DNA of 64,000 bases from an uncultured Clostridium sp. GTDB lineage: Bacteria; Bacillota; Clostridia; Lachnospirales; Lachnospiraceae. The notes under the pieces were generated by a model that saw nothing but the letters and a program-made list of their open reading frames with translations, was not told the DNA's origin and ran no database searches. The stretch covers positions 10,620 through 74,619 of the forward strand of contig CAYQBE010000004.1 of NCBI GenBank assembly GCA_964415625.1, in the 5' to 3' direction. Shown one piece after another: positions 8,561 through 19,411 of the stretch. Positions within the stretch are counted from its first letter, which is position 1. Every line of letters starts with the position of its first letter. The translations under genes and the position numbers were made by a program.

Positions 8561-9898
8561 ATGACGAAGGTGATTACATATGGTACGTTTGATCTGTTCC
8601 ATGAAGGGCATTACAGGCTCCTGCAGAGGGCAAAGCAGCTTGGAGATTACCTTATCGTGGGGGTTACGACGGAAGAGTATGATCAGACCAGAGGTAAATT
8701 GAATGTGATCGACCCTCTCATGACCAGGATTGAAAATATCAAAAAATCCGGTTTTGCTGATGAAGTTCTTATTGAAAGCCAGCCTGGACAAAAATTGATG
8801 GATATAAAAAAATATAAAATTGATATCTTTACTGTGGGTTCAGACTGGACAGGCCAGTTTGATTACTTAAGTGATTACTGTAAGGTCGTCTATCTGGAAA
8901 GAACAAAAAATATTTCGAGTACGATGTTGAGAGCCCAGAATAAGCGGATTCAGCGTATTGGGATTATAGGAACAGGGAGAATTGCTGGAAGATTTGTTCC
9001 AGAGGCAAAGCTTGTCAGCGGTGTGAGTGTGGAGGCAGTATATAATCCACACTTGGAAAGCGCAGAGAAATTTGCAGCAAACTGGAGAATAAATTCTTAT
9101 AAGACACTGGAAGATTTCTATAAAGCAGCTGATGCAGTTTACATTGCGTCACCTCATGAAACGCATTATGAATATATCAGATGCTCGTTAGAGCATGGAA
9201 AACATGTTATCTGTGAAAAGCCGATGGTGCTAAAAAAAATGCAGGCCGAGAAATTGTTTGCGCTTGCGAAAGAAAGAAACCTGATATTATTTGAGGGGAT
9301 CAAGACAGCATATTGCCCGGGATTTGGGAAGCTGCTGGGAATTGCGGGAAGCGGTCTGATTGGAAATGTGCGGAATGTGGAGGCCTGCTTTACAAAGCTG
9401 GAAGCACCGCAAAGCAGAGAACTGACTGACGAGAGGTATGGAGGGAGCTTTACAGAACTGGGCAGCTATGTGATGCTGCCGATCATGAAATTATTTGGCA
9501 GTAAATTTGAAGATATTCGGTTTGATACGATAAGAGGGAGCAACGGGCTTGATCTCTTTACAAGAGCCTGTTTTAAATATCCAAATGGGATCGCGACAGC
9601 TACATGCGGCCTTGGCGTGAAGTCCGAAGGACGCCTGGTTATCTCGGGAACAGCGGGCTATATTATCGTGGAAGCGCCGTGGTGGAAAACAGCCTACTTT
9701 GAAGTGCATCATGAAGACGCGAATGAAGTGGAAAAGTATTCTGACAGATTTTTAGGTGACGGTTTGAGATATGAGATCAGTGATTTTCTGTCCATGATTA
9801 ACGGAAGCAATAAGAGCGAATTTAAACTGACCCGCGGTGAGACAGCTGCCATGGCAGGAGTGATAGAAAGATTTTTGGCAGAGAACAGAAGTTTATGA
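8561..9898 (+). CDS. TagD-like cytidylyltransferase fused to Gfo/Idh/MocA oxidoreductase
   Basis: GTFDLFHEGH and RTKNISST (TagD family); GIIGTGRIA and HVICEKP (Gfo/Idh/MocA). Confidence 0.85.
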   Translation: MTKVITYGTFDLFHEGHYRLLQRAKQLGDYLIVGVTTEEYDQTRGKLNVIDPLMTRIENIKKSGFADEVLIESQPGQKLMDIKKYKIDIFTVGSDWTGQFDYLSDYCKVVYLERTKNISSTMLRAQNKRIQRIGIIGTGRIAGRFVPEAKLVSGVSVEAVYNPHLESAEKFAANWRINSYKTLEDFYKAADAVYIASPHETHYEYIRCSLEHGKHVICEKPMVLKKMQAEKLFALAKERNLILFEGIKTAYCPGFGKLLGIAGSGLIGNVRNVEACFTKLEAPQSRELTDERYGGSFTELGSYVMLPIMKLFGSKFEDIRFDTIRGSNGLDLFTRACFKYPNGIATATCGLGVKSEGRLVISGTAGYIIVEAPWWKTAYFEVHHEDANEVEKYSDRFLGDGLRYEISDFLSMINGSNKSEFKLTRGETAAMAGVIERFLAENRSL

Positions 9899-9911
9899 AA
9901 GGAGTTTGGCT

Positions 9912-10730
9912 ATGGTTCATCTGGATGACAATTGTCTCCGTCAGCTTCAGATGATACAGCTTGAAATGCTTGTAGAGGTTGACAGGATCTGCAGAAAATG
10001 TGGAATCCAATATAATATCATTGCCGGCACATTGCTTGGCGCTATCCGGCATGGGGGATATATCCCATGGGATGACGATGCGGATGTGGCTTTACTCCGC
10101 CCGGAATATGAAAAATTCCGCAGGGCCTGTAAGACAGAGCTTGACAGATCCAGATTTATTTTTCAAGATCACAGAAATACAAAAGGCTACCGATGGGGAT
10201 ATGGAAAGCTACGCAGAAAGAACACACTTTTCCTGCGGGAATATCAGGAGCATATGCCATATATGCAGGGGGTGTTTATTGATATATTTCCACTAGATGC
10301 AGTTCCGGATAATTACTTCCTACGCAGCGCAAAGAACTTTGAATGTTTTTGTATAAGAAAGATTTTATGGTCCAAAGTAGGAAAAAAAGCAGAAAAGAAT
10401 TACTGGAAACGCCTGATATATAAAGCATTAGATAAAATCCCGGAAAATTATATATTTCATTATTATCATAGTATGATTTGCAGCGCGAACAGGAAAAAGA
10501 CAAGAATGGTTCGCATTTTAACATTTCCGACACCGAATGACGAATATGGATATTATAGATGCTGGTACGAAAATAGCAGGGATACAGTATTTGAGGGAAA
10601 AGTGTTTCGGGGAATTAAGGATTATGATAGTTACTTGAGTTTTAAATTTGGGAATTATATGGAGCTTCCGCCAGAGGAACAAAGAAAGGTACATCCGGTG
10701 AGCAGGATTTTGCTGGGTGTTGATATATAA
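9912..10730 (+). CDS. LicD-family phosphotransferase
   Basis: GTLLGAIRHGGYIPWDDDAD, IDIFPLD, YL...FGNYMELPP. Confidence 0.9.
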   Translation: MVHLDDNCLRQLQMIQLEMLVEVDRICRKCGIQYNIIAGTLLGAIRHGGYIPWDDDADVALLRPEYEKFRRACKTELDRSRFIFQDHRNTKGYRWGYGKLRRKNTLFLREYQEHMPYMQGVFIDIFPLDAVPDNYFLRSAKNFECFCIRKILWSKVGKKAEKNYWKRLIYKALDKIPENYIFHYYHSMICSANRKKTRMVRILTFPTPNDEYGYYRCWYENSRDTVFEGKVFRGIKDYDSYLSFKFGNYMELPPEEQRKVHPVSRILLGVDI

Positions 10731-10742
10731 GGAAAAGCAGAT

Positions 10743-11837
10743 ATGATTATCGAAGATATAAGCCCTGATTTGTTAAAAAAAAGAATCATTGGGAAAAGAA
10801 TATATCTCTTTGGCGCGGGAAGAATGGCAGCACATTGTATAGATATATATTTTGAGACAGAACATATCCATGCGGTTATTGATAATAATCCGGCATTATG
10901 GGGGAAAGATATTGAGACCCATGACCAGAAAATACCAATTATTAATAACGAAGTATTTATTCGGGAGGTTTCTGGTTTTAGAGCCGATCAGGTTGTACTT
11001 CTGATAACACCGGGATTTTATGCCTGGCGAATTGCAGAACAGTTGAATCAGATTGAAAGCCTGGATAATATACATTGCTATTTACACACTTTGCTCAGAA
11101 ATAATGGAGATAATCACCAGGAATTTGAATTTACTGATGGAGAACAGAGGATACCGAAGGTAATACATTATTTTTGGCTTGGAAAAAAAGAGATTCCTGA
11201 AAGACTTCGGAATTATATGGAATCGTGGAAAAGGTGCTGCCCGGATTATCAGATTACCCGTTGGGATGAGTCCAATTATAATGTGAACAAGATACCATAT
11301 ATAAGTGATGCATATGAAAATCGTGCATGGGGATTTGTTTCGGATTATGCAAGGCTGGATATTTTATATGAATATGGAGGGATCTATCTGGACACAGATG
11401 TTGAGGTCTTGAGGTCATTCGATCCCTTATTAAATGATGAGGCTTTTTTTGGAATGGGTGGGAATGATCAAGTGAATACCGGTTCAGGTTTTGGCGCAAT
11501 TCCCAAGCATCCATTTATAAAAAGACTTCGCGATTATTATCATGAAAAGTCGTTTTATAAGGAAGATGGAAAGGCAAATTTATTGCCTTGCTATAATTAT
11601 CAGCATCCTATCTTTAAAGAATATGGGTTTGAAATAAAAAATATATATCAAAAACGGAATCGTATTGTAATTTATCCGGCCCAAGTGCTTTCACCGACAG
11701 GTATAGCCGGTATGGGAAAATTTTATTCTGATAAAACAGTTTCAGTTCATCACACAGAATTTAGTTGGATAAATGCCGAGGAGAGACAAGCATTAAACGA
11801 AATGAAAATAAAACTAGAAGAATATGGTATTGGATGA
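10743..11837 (+). CDS. GT32 (OCH1-like DXD) glycosyltransferase with N-terminal Rossmann-like module
   Basis: IPKVIHYFW, SDYARL..LY.YGGIYLDTDV; N-terminal IYLFGAG..IDNN. Confidence 0.85.
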   Translation: MIIEDISPDLLKKRIIGKRIYLFGAGRMAAHCIDIYFETEHIHAVIDNNPALWGKDIETHDQKIPIINNEVFIREVSGFRADQVVLLITPGFYAWRIAEQLNQIESLDNIHCYLHTLLRNNGDNHQEFEFTDGEQRIPKVIHYFWLGKKEIPERLRNYMESWKRCCPDYQITRWDESNYNVNKIPYISDAYENRAWGFVSDYARLDILYEYGGIYLDTDVEVLRSFDPLLNDEAFFGMGGNDQVNTGSGFGAIPKHPFIKRLRDYYHEKSFYKEDGKANLLPCYNYQHPIFKEYGFEIKNIYQKRNRIVIYPAQVLSPTGIAGMGKFYSDKTVSVHHTEFSWINAEERQALNEMKIKLEEYGIG

Positions 11838-11864
11838 AATTTATTCTTGAAACGGAGAACGGAG

Positions 11865-13040
11865 ATGAGATTAACAAAAAGTTTTACAGCAGATTGCTTG
11901 AAAGAAAACCAAAAAATAATAATTTATGGTGCCGGCAGATATGGTGAACTGGCTTTGAGAGGGCTTCAGCATTTGGGGTTACAGCCTGCATATTTTGCTG
12001 ACAGGTCATTAGCTGGTACGGCATATATGGGAGTAGAGGTCATCAGCCCGGATGAATTAGGAAGATTTCAAAAAGATGTTGTTCTGATCGCTTCATTGAA
12101 TTATTTTTATGAAATGCTTTCTGTAGTTCAGGTATCGGGAAATGAATATTATGACATTTTCGAATTGATAAATCTGGAATATGATGAAGGCATATTATCG
12201 GAATATGCTTTGGATGAGAAAAAAAATGAAAAGAAGTATTTAAATATTATTGAAAATGCAGGAAATGACGGACTTGTTTTGTCACATTGTGAAATCGTAC
12301 TTACGGAGTGCTGTACTTTAAAATGCAGGGACTGCGCGAACCTGATGCAATACTACCAGCATCCTGAAAAAATTGACGCAAATGAGATAATACGTGATTT
12401 CAACAAATTTCTTGATACGATAGATCTGCTGTTAGAATTAAGGCTGTTGGGCGGAGAGCCGTTTATCTATAAAGATATTAACTGTGTGATAGAAGCATTT
12501 CTGAATCATGAGAAGATTAAAAGGATTACGATTTATACAAATTCCACAGTTGTGCCGTCTGAGAAAATAATGGAATGCCTGAAGAATGATAGAATCGCTG
12601 TACATATGTCAGACTATGGAACTGCCAGCAGTAAAGTAAAGGAATTAAAGGAAGCGTTTGAGGAACACGGTGTCCAATATTACATCCATAAGTATGATAA
12701 GTGGTATGATCTCGGAGGACTTGAAAAAAGAGAGTACAGTGATGGATTTGAGAAATTATTATATAAAAATTGTCTGATGGCCAAGTGCTATACATTTTAT
12801 AGAGGAAAATTCTATTTGTGCCCAAGGGCGGCTCATGGTGAAAGGCTGGGTGCATTTCAGAATCATATAAATGAGGTGGCAGACTTTACAATGGATGATT
12901 TAAATATAGAGGAAAAAAAGGAAGAGCTGGAACAGATATTAAACAATACAGAGTCTATTCTGGCATGCAGCTATTGTGACGGCTGCAGTTCCAGGTCAAA
13001 AGAAGTGGATGCTGCCGTTCAGATGAAACGGGTGAAGTAG
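11865..13040 (+). CDS. Radical SAM protein 1 with N-terminal Rossmann-like module
   Basis: CTLKCRDC (CxxxCxxC), GGEPF, C-terminal Cys cluster ending CSYC. Confidence 0.85.
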   Translation: MRLTKSFTADCLKENQKIIIYGAGRYGELALRGLQHLGLQPAYFADRSLAGTAYMGVEVISPDELGRFQKDVVLIASLNYFYEMLSVVQVSGNEYYDIFELINLEYDEGILSEYALDEKKNEKKYLNIIENAGNDGLVLSHCEIVLTECCTLKCRDCANLMQYYQHPEKIDANEIIRDFNKFLDTIDLLLELRLLGGEPFIYKDINCVIEAFLNHEKIKRITIYTNSTVVPSEKIMECLKNDRIAVHMSDYGTASSKVKELKEAFEEHGVQYYIHKYDKWYDLGGLEKREYSDGFEKLLYKNCLMAKCYTFYRGKFYLCPRAAHGERLGAFQNHINEVADFTMDDLNIEEKKEELEQILNNTESILACSYCDGCSSRSKEVDAAVQMKRVK

Positions 13041-14108
13041 ATGATATGGAGAGATGTCACATTTCAACAATTTCAGGAAGAAACAAAGAAAAAAGAAATC
13101 ATATGTGTTGGCTATGGACAGCTATTTCATGATATGACAGCCCTGTGGGGCAGGGAAGAACTTCAAAGAATCACTTTGATCGCGGATAATCATAAATACG
13201 GTGAAAAATATGGGCTTTATGATAAGACATTTACTATAATTGCCGTTGAAAAGCTTTCGGAGTACAGCCTGGAAAATGCATGTATTCTGATTACTTCACT
13301 TTATTGCAAAAGCCTTTATGGACAATTGGAAAGTTTGCTGGGAGATAAAAATATCAGCTGTTATATTTATCCGGTCATGTCCCTCAAGGTTGAAAAATAT
13401 GATTTGATATTTAAAAGTACAGGAAATAAGATTCCTAAAAAAATCCATTATTTTTGGTTTGGAAAGGGAGATATTCCAGAGGAAAACAGAAAGTGTATCG
13501 AAAGCTGGAAAAAGTATTGTCCTGAATATGAGATCATAAAATGGACAGAAGACAATTATGATGTGTCGAAATGTCTCTATATGCGGCAGGCATATGAAAA
13601 CGAAAAGTGGGGATTTGTTCCAGATTATGCCAGATTGGATATCCTTTATCAATATGGAGGGATTTATCTGGATACAGATGTAGAATTGATAAAAGAGCTG
13701 GATAATTTGCTTTCTGAAAATGCATTCGTCGGATTTCAGAGGAATTTTTGGGTTAATATTGGATTGGGATGCGGCTGCAAAAAAGGTATGAAGCTATTTA
13801 AAGAAATGAGAGATGCCTATGACAATATCAGTTTTGTGGAAGACGGCAGATTAAATCTCCTGGCATCCCCATATTATCAGACCATGGTATTAAAAAATTA
13901 TGGTTTGAAATGCAATAACAAATTCCAGATAATTGATGGAATCAGTGTTTTTCCGACGGATGTATTTGATCCTCAGGGATATTCCTTTGGAAAGATGTCA
14001 TTGACAAAAAACACATATAGCATTCATCACTATAGTGAATCATGGTTAGATGATGAGCAGAGAGATAGAAACTTAGCCAGATATATGGAAGTAGATCATT
14101 TTCGATAA
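13041..14108 (+). CDS. GT32 glycosyltransferase (paralog of 10743)
   Basis: IPKKIHYFWFG, PDYARL, GGIYLDTDV, SIHHYSESW. Confidence 0.85.
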   Translation: MIWRDVTFQQFQEETKKKEIICVGYGQLFHDMTALWGREELQRITLIADNHKYGEKYGLYDKTFTIIAVEKLSEYSLENACILITSLYCKSLYGQLESLLGDKNISCYIYPVMSLKVEKYDLIFKSTGNKIPKKIHYFWFGKGDIPEENRKCIESWKKYCPEYEIIKWTEDNYDVSKCLYMRQAYENEKWGFVPDYARLDILYQYGGIYLDTDVELIKELDNLLSENAFVGFQRNFWVNIGLGCGCKKGMKLFKEMRDAYDNISFVEDGRLNLLASPYYQTMVLKNYGLKCNNKFQIIDGISVFPTDVFDPQGYSFGKMSLTKNTYSIHHYSESWLDDEQRDRNLARYMEVDHFR

Positions 14109-14132
14109 TATAACGTTTTTGGGAGAGGATCC

Positions 14133-15770
14133 ATGGACGCAATAGACAGTGCAATAGAACGGGGTCTGCATATTACAGATGATGAAAAATTGAAAAATCA
14201 GACATGGAATGGGTTTAAAAGAACATGTTCTCAACGAAGGCTTTTTATTTATGGAGTTGGTGTGATCACAAAATATTTTTGGGAAAAATGTAAATCAGAT
14301 GCGATTAATCTGGAGGGTATTGTAGATAGTAATACCAAAAAACAGGGGCGCCACTTATCCGAGTATTTAGGGGAACCATATACAAAAAACTGCGATTACA
14401 CTGTATTAAACCCAGATGTATTGAAAGAGTATCCGGCTGATGAGATTGTTGTTTTAATTGCCAGCTCTAAGTATTATGAGGATATTTCCCGTGATTTAAA
14501 GAAATGGGGGATAATCCATTATTTTAGTTTGCTTAATATGGAATATAACGAAAGAAAAAACTTAAATAGGGATAGTAATAATACTTATGAAAAAGAACAT
14601 GAACGAATCGCCCAGTCTGTAAAAGATTGTATAGAAAAATATGCAGTAGATCCTAGAAAAATTGTTTTCTGCGGTTTTGGAACCTACAGTGACCATGGAA
14701 AATATATTACAGAGCAATTAATAAAGCGGTCAGAAAACATTGATATTGTATGGGCAGTTACAGACTTATCCGCAGGCGTACCGAAAGGGGTACGGCTTAT
14801 TAACAGCGCAGACACTGAGAAATATATTTATGAGATGGAGACGGCAAAAGTATGGATCGTCAGTACGATGGTGCCGGAGTATATCATAAAAAGAGAAGGA
14901 CAGGTTTATATCCATACAAAGCACTGGGCAAGTATTACCTTGAAAAAATTCTTTTTAGACGCGCCCTCTGTGAGCAATATTGAAGGAAATAAGAAGTGGT
15001 GGCTGAGAAATGCAGAGATGATGGACTATATTATCGTGGGGAGTGAGTTTGACGCGGAATCCTGCAGGCGGGGACTGAGCGCTACTGCAAAAATGCTTTA
15101 TTGGGGTTCGCCAAGAAGTGACGCTTTGTTTGCACCGGTAAATTATAGAGAAAAAATATACAGATCCTATCATATAGATACAGACAAAGGGTGGATGCTC
15201 TATGCGCCGACATATCGGTTCCGCAAGAATGGAGCGAGGGAAATTCATGTCATGGGTGAAATTGACCTTGACTTTCAGAAGCTTCGGAAAGCGTTGAAGA
15301 CATACTCTGGGAAAGAATGGTATATCCTGCTGCGCCTGCATCCAGGGGTTGCAATTGAAAGCAGGAAAATTGCCAGACAGGATGGAGTGATTGATGTCAG
15401 TAATTATGAGGACAGCCAGGAGCTTGTAGCGGCCTCCGATGCATTGATTTCGGATTTTTCCAGTATTATGTTTGAACCGGCATTTGTCGGAAAACCTGTA
15501 TTTCTATATGCACCGGATAAAGAAAGATATGTAAAAGAGGATTATGAGCTGCTTTTGGATTATGATTCATTGCCGTTTCCGATTGCACTATCTAATGAAG
15601 AATTGGAGAAGGAAATTTTGAACTTTGATGAGGACAAGTATACAAAGGGTGTAGAAGACTTTTTAGAGAAGTATGGTGTGTGTGAAGATGGGAGAGCCAG
15701 TGAGAGGGCGGCAAAATTTGTCTTGAATTTGTTGAATCAGGAAACACAGAGCGATAGGATAAATATTTAG
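14133..15770 (+). CDS. CDP-glycerol:poly(glycerophosphate) glycerophosphotransferase (TagB/TagF family)
   Basis: GSPRSD, LYAPTYR, RLHP, LISDFSSIMFE, EDGRASER. Confidence 0.85.
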   Translation: MDAIDSAIERGLHITDDEKLKNQTWNGFKRTCSQRRLFIYGVGVITKYFWEKCKSDAINLEGIVDSNTKKQGRHLSEYLGEPYTKNCDYTVLNPDVLKEYPADEIVVLIASSKYYEDISRDLKKWGIIHYFSLLNMEYNERKNLNRDSNNTYEKEHERIAQSVKDCIEKYAVDPRKIVFCGFGTYSDHGKYITEQLIKRSENIDIVWAVTDLSAGVPKGVRLINSADTEKYIYEMETAKVWIVSTMVPEYIIKREGQVYIHTKHWASITLKKFFLDAPSVSNIEGNKKWWLRNAEMMDYIIVGSEFDAESCRRGLSATAKMLYWGSPRSDALFAPVNYREKIYRSYHIDTDKGWMLYAPTYRFRKNGAREIHVMGEIDLDFQKLRKALKTYSGKEWYILLRLHPGVAIESRKIARQDGVIDVSNYEDSQELVAASDALISDFSSIMFEPAFVGKPVFLYAPDKERYVKEDYELLLDYDSLPFPIALSNEELEKEILNFDEDKYTKGVEDFLEKYGVCEDGRASERAAKFVLNLLNQETQSDRINI

Positions 15771-15776
15771 ACAGGA

Positions 15777-17078
15777 TTGGAAAAGCATATGTATAGAAAG
15801 TCTTTCAGTATCATTATTCCGATATATAATGTGGAAAAATATTTGGCAGACTGCCTGGAAAGTATATTATCTCAATCGTATCAGAATTATGAGATAATAT
15901 GTGTAAATGATGCCTCTACGGATAATTCCTTAGAAATATTGTCGCACTATGCAAAAAAAACGAATAAGATTAGAATTATAAATAATGAGAGAAATGAAGG
16001 GCTTTCTGTAAGCAGAAATAAGGCACTTAAAATAGCACAAGGAGAATATATTTTATTTGTAGATTCTGATGACTATATATCAAAAGACGCTTTACAAATC
16101 CTTGAAAAGGCCTTGCAGGAAAATCCCGTTGATGTTTTGAATTTTAACTATGATCTAAAAGTAGAAAGCGCATATGAAAAAGAAAGAAATCCGATACGGT
16201 TAGAGATACACAGACAGGATATCTCACTCAAATCAGGGCAAAGATGGTTTGCAGACGCATTTCATAATGGCTCATTGATCACAATGACCTGGAGCAGGGC
16301 TTACAGGAGAGAGTTTCTTGTTCAGGAGCAGTTGTGTTTTTATGAGCGGCTGATACATGAGGACGTGCTTTTTTTGATACAAATTGCTGTTAAGGCGAAA
16401 ACAGTTATGTGTATAGAGGACAGACTGTATACATATCGAAAGCGGGAGGGCTCAATCACAACGATAAAGAGTAAAGAGAGGCTGGATTCCCTGATCGTGA
16501 TATTAAGTGAGACATTGGCAATATTGCGGGACCATTCGTTAGAAGAAGGAATGGGTATGGCATTATATCAGTATATCAGTGATATCTGGTTGCCTCTGAT
16601 CAGAACCTTAATGATGTATTTCCCGGAACATAAAGAGTTAACAATAGGAAATCCGGAAGATCAATTTCTGTTTTCTGTTCTTCGATATATGGAAGGGGGA
16701 CAAACATATCAATATGTCAATCTGAATACAGAAGAATGGAATTTGATTAGAAATTTTGATAAGAGAATTATATTTGGAGCTGGAAATGTGGCTTCAGAGT
16801 TATTTTGTTGTTTTCAAACCCGGGGACTTGGCGTCTTTGCGGTGGCAGTGTCGGATAAAGATGTCAATACCGATCAGATTGCGGGATATACGATTCAGCA
16901 GATCGACGAATTGACAGAATATAGAAAAGATGCACTGGTCATTATAGCGATAGTAAAAAGAAATCAGGAACCGGTCAGGAAAAAATTAATGAGTTTAGGA
17001 TTTGAAAATATTTTTTCATTGGATACAGATAGGGCAAAGATGGAAGGAGGCAGCATCGAGAAACGGTATTTTCGGTGA
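15777..17078 (+). CDS. GT2 glycosyltransferase with C-terminal Rossmann-like module
   Basis: SIIIPIYNVEKYL, VNDASTD, FVDSDD, HED. Confidence 0.9.
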   Translation: MEKHMYRKSFSIIIPIYNVEKYLADCLESILSQSYQNYEIICVNDASTDNSLEILSHYAKKTNKIRIINNERNEGLSVSRNKALKIAQGEYILFVDSDDYISKDALQILEKALQENPVDVLNFNYDLKVESAYEKERNPIRLEIHRQDISLKSGQRWFADAFHNGSLITMTWSRAYRREFLVQEQLCFYERLIHEDVLFLIQIAVKAKTVMCIEDRLYTYRKREGSITTIKSKERLDSLIVILSETLAILRDHSLEEGMGMALYQYISDIWLPLIRTLMMYFPEHKELTIGNPEDQFLFSVLRYMEGGQTYQYVNLNTEEWNLIRNFDKRIIFGAGNVASELFCCFQTRGLGVFAVAVSDKDVNTDQIAGYTIQQIDELTEYRKDALVIIAIVKRNQEPVRKKLMSLGFENIFSLDTDRAKMEGGSIEKRYFR

Positions 17079-17084
17079 CACGGA

Positions 17085-18278
17085 ATGAAAAGAATTGCAA
17101 TTAAAACTGCTGGTACAGAAGGAAAAAATCTTTATAATATGCTGAAGAACAATATATGCTATTCAGATCTGCAGATTATTTGTTTTGCGGAGAAAAGTGC
17201 CGCTTTAATTCATAAAAGATATAAAGATACTCCGATCGTTTCGGACTTTGCGCTTTCAACAATGTACTCAAATAGAGAAATAGAGAAAGTGATCATACCA
17301 TGTGAACTTTTCAGGATGGGTGTTCAGGGAGCCTTTTTGATCCAACAAATATATGATGATTTGATAAAATTGGGGATTTCATATTCAGATATATTGATTT
17401 CTAATTTACCGAGTATGCAAAACGATGGACGAAAAGGCTTTGACAGTGACTTTGTTGAGTATGATCATTTTTTTCATATAAGATACCTGGAATTCCCGAT
17501 TGCGTACCATTGCAATTTGAACTGCAAAGGCTGCAGCCATTTTTCGCCGCTTATAAAAGAGGAATTTCCTGTATATGAAGAAGTAGAGAAAGATTTTATT
17601 AAGTTAAAAGAATTTATTCCTCATATTGGAAGAATACGCATTTTGGGGGGAGAACCGCTGCTCAATCCAGAAATAGATAAATATATCAGATTAACAAGAC
17701 GCCTGTATCCTTATTCGGAGATCATAATTGTTACAAATGGATTATTAGTGAAAAAGATGTCCGAAGAATTGATAAAATGCATGAAGGAAAATGACATAAG
17801 TATTCACATTTCAGTATATCCTCCTTTATATAAAACAGTGGATACGATTTTAGCCTTTTTAAAAGATGAGGATATAAAAGCAACGATTAGTAATTCTAGT
17901 GAGTTTATGCCTACATTTTCTAAGAATAAAAGCAAGTATCCATATGTTAGCCTGGAACGTACATGCAGATACTATTATTTTGCTGACGGATATTTATCCC
18001 CATGTATGTTGATGCATGACATAAAGTTTTTTAATGAATACTTTGGAGAAAATCTGAACGGAGATGACGCGCTTATTAATATACATGATGATAAATTGAC
18101 ACAGGCTCTGTTGATGAAGAAATTAAAGACACCGGTTGAATTGTGTGATCATTGTGCAATGTATAAGCATATGGCATTAGATTTGGCATTTTTATATCAT
18201 ACTGATATGAATATTGGATGGGAACGCTATTCTAAAGATGATAAACCAATGATAGATGATTGGTATGAAAGGGAATAG
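17085..18278 (+). CDS. Radical SAM protein 2
   Basis: CNLNCKGC, GGEPLL, VTNG, C-terminal CDHC. Confidence 0.85.
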   Translation: MKRIAIKTAGTEGKNLYNMLKNNICYSDLQIICFAEKSAALIHKRYKDTPIVSDFALSTMYSNREIEKVIIPCELFRMGVQGAFLIQQIYDDLIKLGISYSDILISNLPSMQNDGRKGFDSDFVEYDHFFHIRYLEFPIAYHCNLNCKGCSHFSPLIKEEFPVYEEVEKDFIKLKEFIPHIGRIRILGGEPLLNPEIDKYIRLTRRLYPYSEIIIVTNGLLVKKMSEELIKCMKENDISIHISVYPPLYKTVDTILAFLKDEDIKATISNSSEFMPTFSKNKSKYPYVSLERTCRYYYFADGYLSPCMLMHDIKFFNEYFGENLNGDDALINIHDDKLTQALLMKKLKTPVELCDHCAMYKHMALDLAFLYHTDMNIGWERYSKDDKPMIDDWYERE

Positions 18279-18283
18279 TAGAT

Positions 18284-19411
18284 ATGAAAATAGGCTATGT
18301 TTTATATGATACGGAAAAAAAGCCATGCGGTATCAGCCGATTGACCAAAGGATGCCTGGAGGAGATAAGGAACTGTCAACAGTTAAATCTGAGTATATTA
18401 GGATACAATTATCTTGGTTTGGATGGATATCGCAGTATACCGGTGTTATATCGAAACAGAGATACCGTAAACAGGAATAAAGAAATCAGGGTTTTGGCAA
18501 AAATATTTGGGGTGGATCTGATTCATTCTTTCTACTTCCCTCTCCCTGCGATGAAAGACGTAATAAAGATCCTTACGATACATGATCTGGCGGCTCTGGT
18601 AAATATAAACTGGTTTCCAAATGAAGAAAGTATGAAAATACTCTATGATCTTCATTTAAGGCAGGGGGCAAAGGATGCGGATATCATTTTAGCGGATTCA
18701 GAGCACACAAGATCGGATATAGTTCAGTATTATGACGTTTCCCCACAGAAAGTCAAGGTTGTATATCCGGGCTTATATAGTAGAAGATACGCGGAACATA
18801 TTGTCGATGAATTACAGGTATTACGAAAATATAGGATTGATAAAGATTATATTTTGTCTATATGTACGGTTGAACCAAGAAAAAATCTGCTGTCATTGAT
18901 AAAAGCATATGAAGTTTTGAGGGACAAGAAGCCGGAATATGATATAAAACTGGTATTAGTCGGAAAAAGAGGCTGGAAAAATGATAACATATATTCATTA
19001 TCCGCAGCCAGTAAATATTCGTTGGATATTATATTCACAGAATATATAGAGGATTATGAGTTAGATATATTGTATAAAAAAGCATTACTGTTCGCGTATA
19101 TATCATATTACGAAGGCTTTGGGCTGCCTATATTAGAAGCAATGTCAAAGGGAGCTGCCGTTTTGGCTTCTGAGACTTCATCTATGCCGGAAGTAGGAGG
19201 AACGGCCGTCTGCTATTGTGATCCGTATGAAATAGATTCTATTGTGTACCAGCTGGATTGTTTGATTTATGACACAGATTTGAGGAATGAATTGAAAAAA
19301 AAAGCAGTTGTCCAGGCAAAAAAGTTTTCATATAAAAAGATGGCAAGTGAGACCATAAAAATATACTCTGAAATGGTGAAAACAGAGACAGACATAAGTT
19401 TAGGGAGGTGA
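18284..19411 (+). CDS. GT4 glycosyltransferase (paralog 1)
   Basis: TIHDL, EPRKN, YEGFGLPILEAM. Confidence 0.9.
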   Translation: MKIGYVLYDTEKKPCGISRLTKGCLEEIRNCQQLNLSILGYNYLGLDGYRSIPVLYRNRDTVNRNKEIRVLAKIFGVDLIHSFYFPLPAMKDVIKILTIHDLAALVNINWFPNEESMKILYDLHLRQGAKDADIILADSEHTRSDIVQYYDVSPQKVKVVYPGLYSRRYAEHIVDELQVLRKYRIDKDYILSICTVEPRKNLLSLIKAYEVLRDKKPEYDIKLVLVGKRGWKNDNIYSLSAASKYSLDIIFTEYIEDYELDILYKKALLFAYISYYEGFGLPILEAMSKGAAVLASETSSMPEVGGTAVCYCDPYEIDSIVYQLDCLIYDTDLRNELKKKAVVQAKKFSYKKMASETIKIYSEMVKTETDISLGR

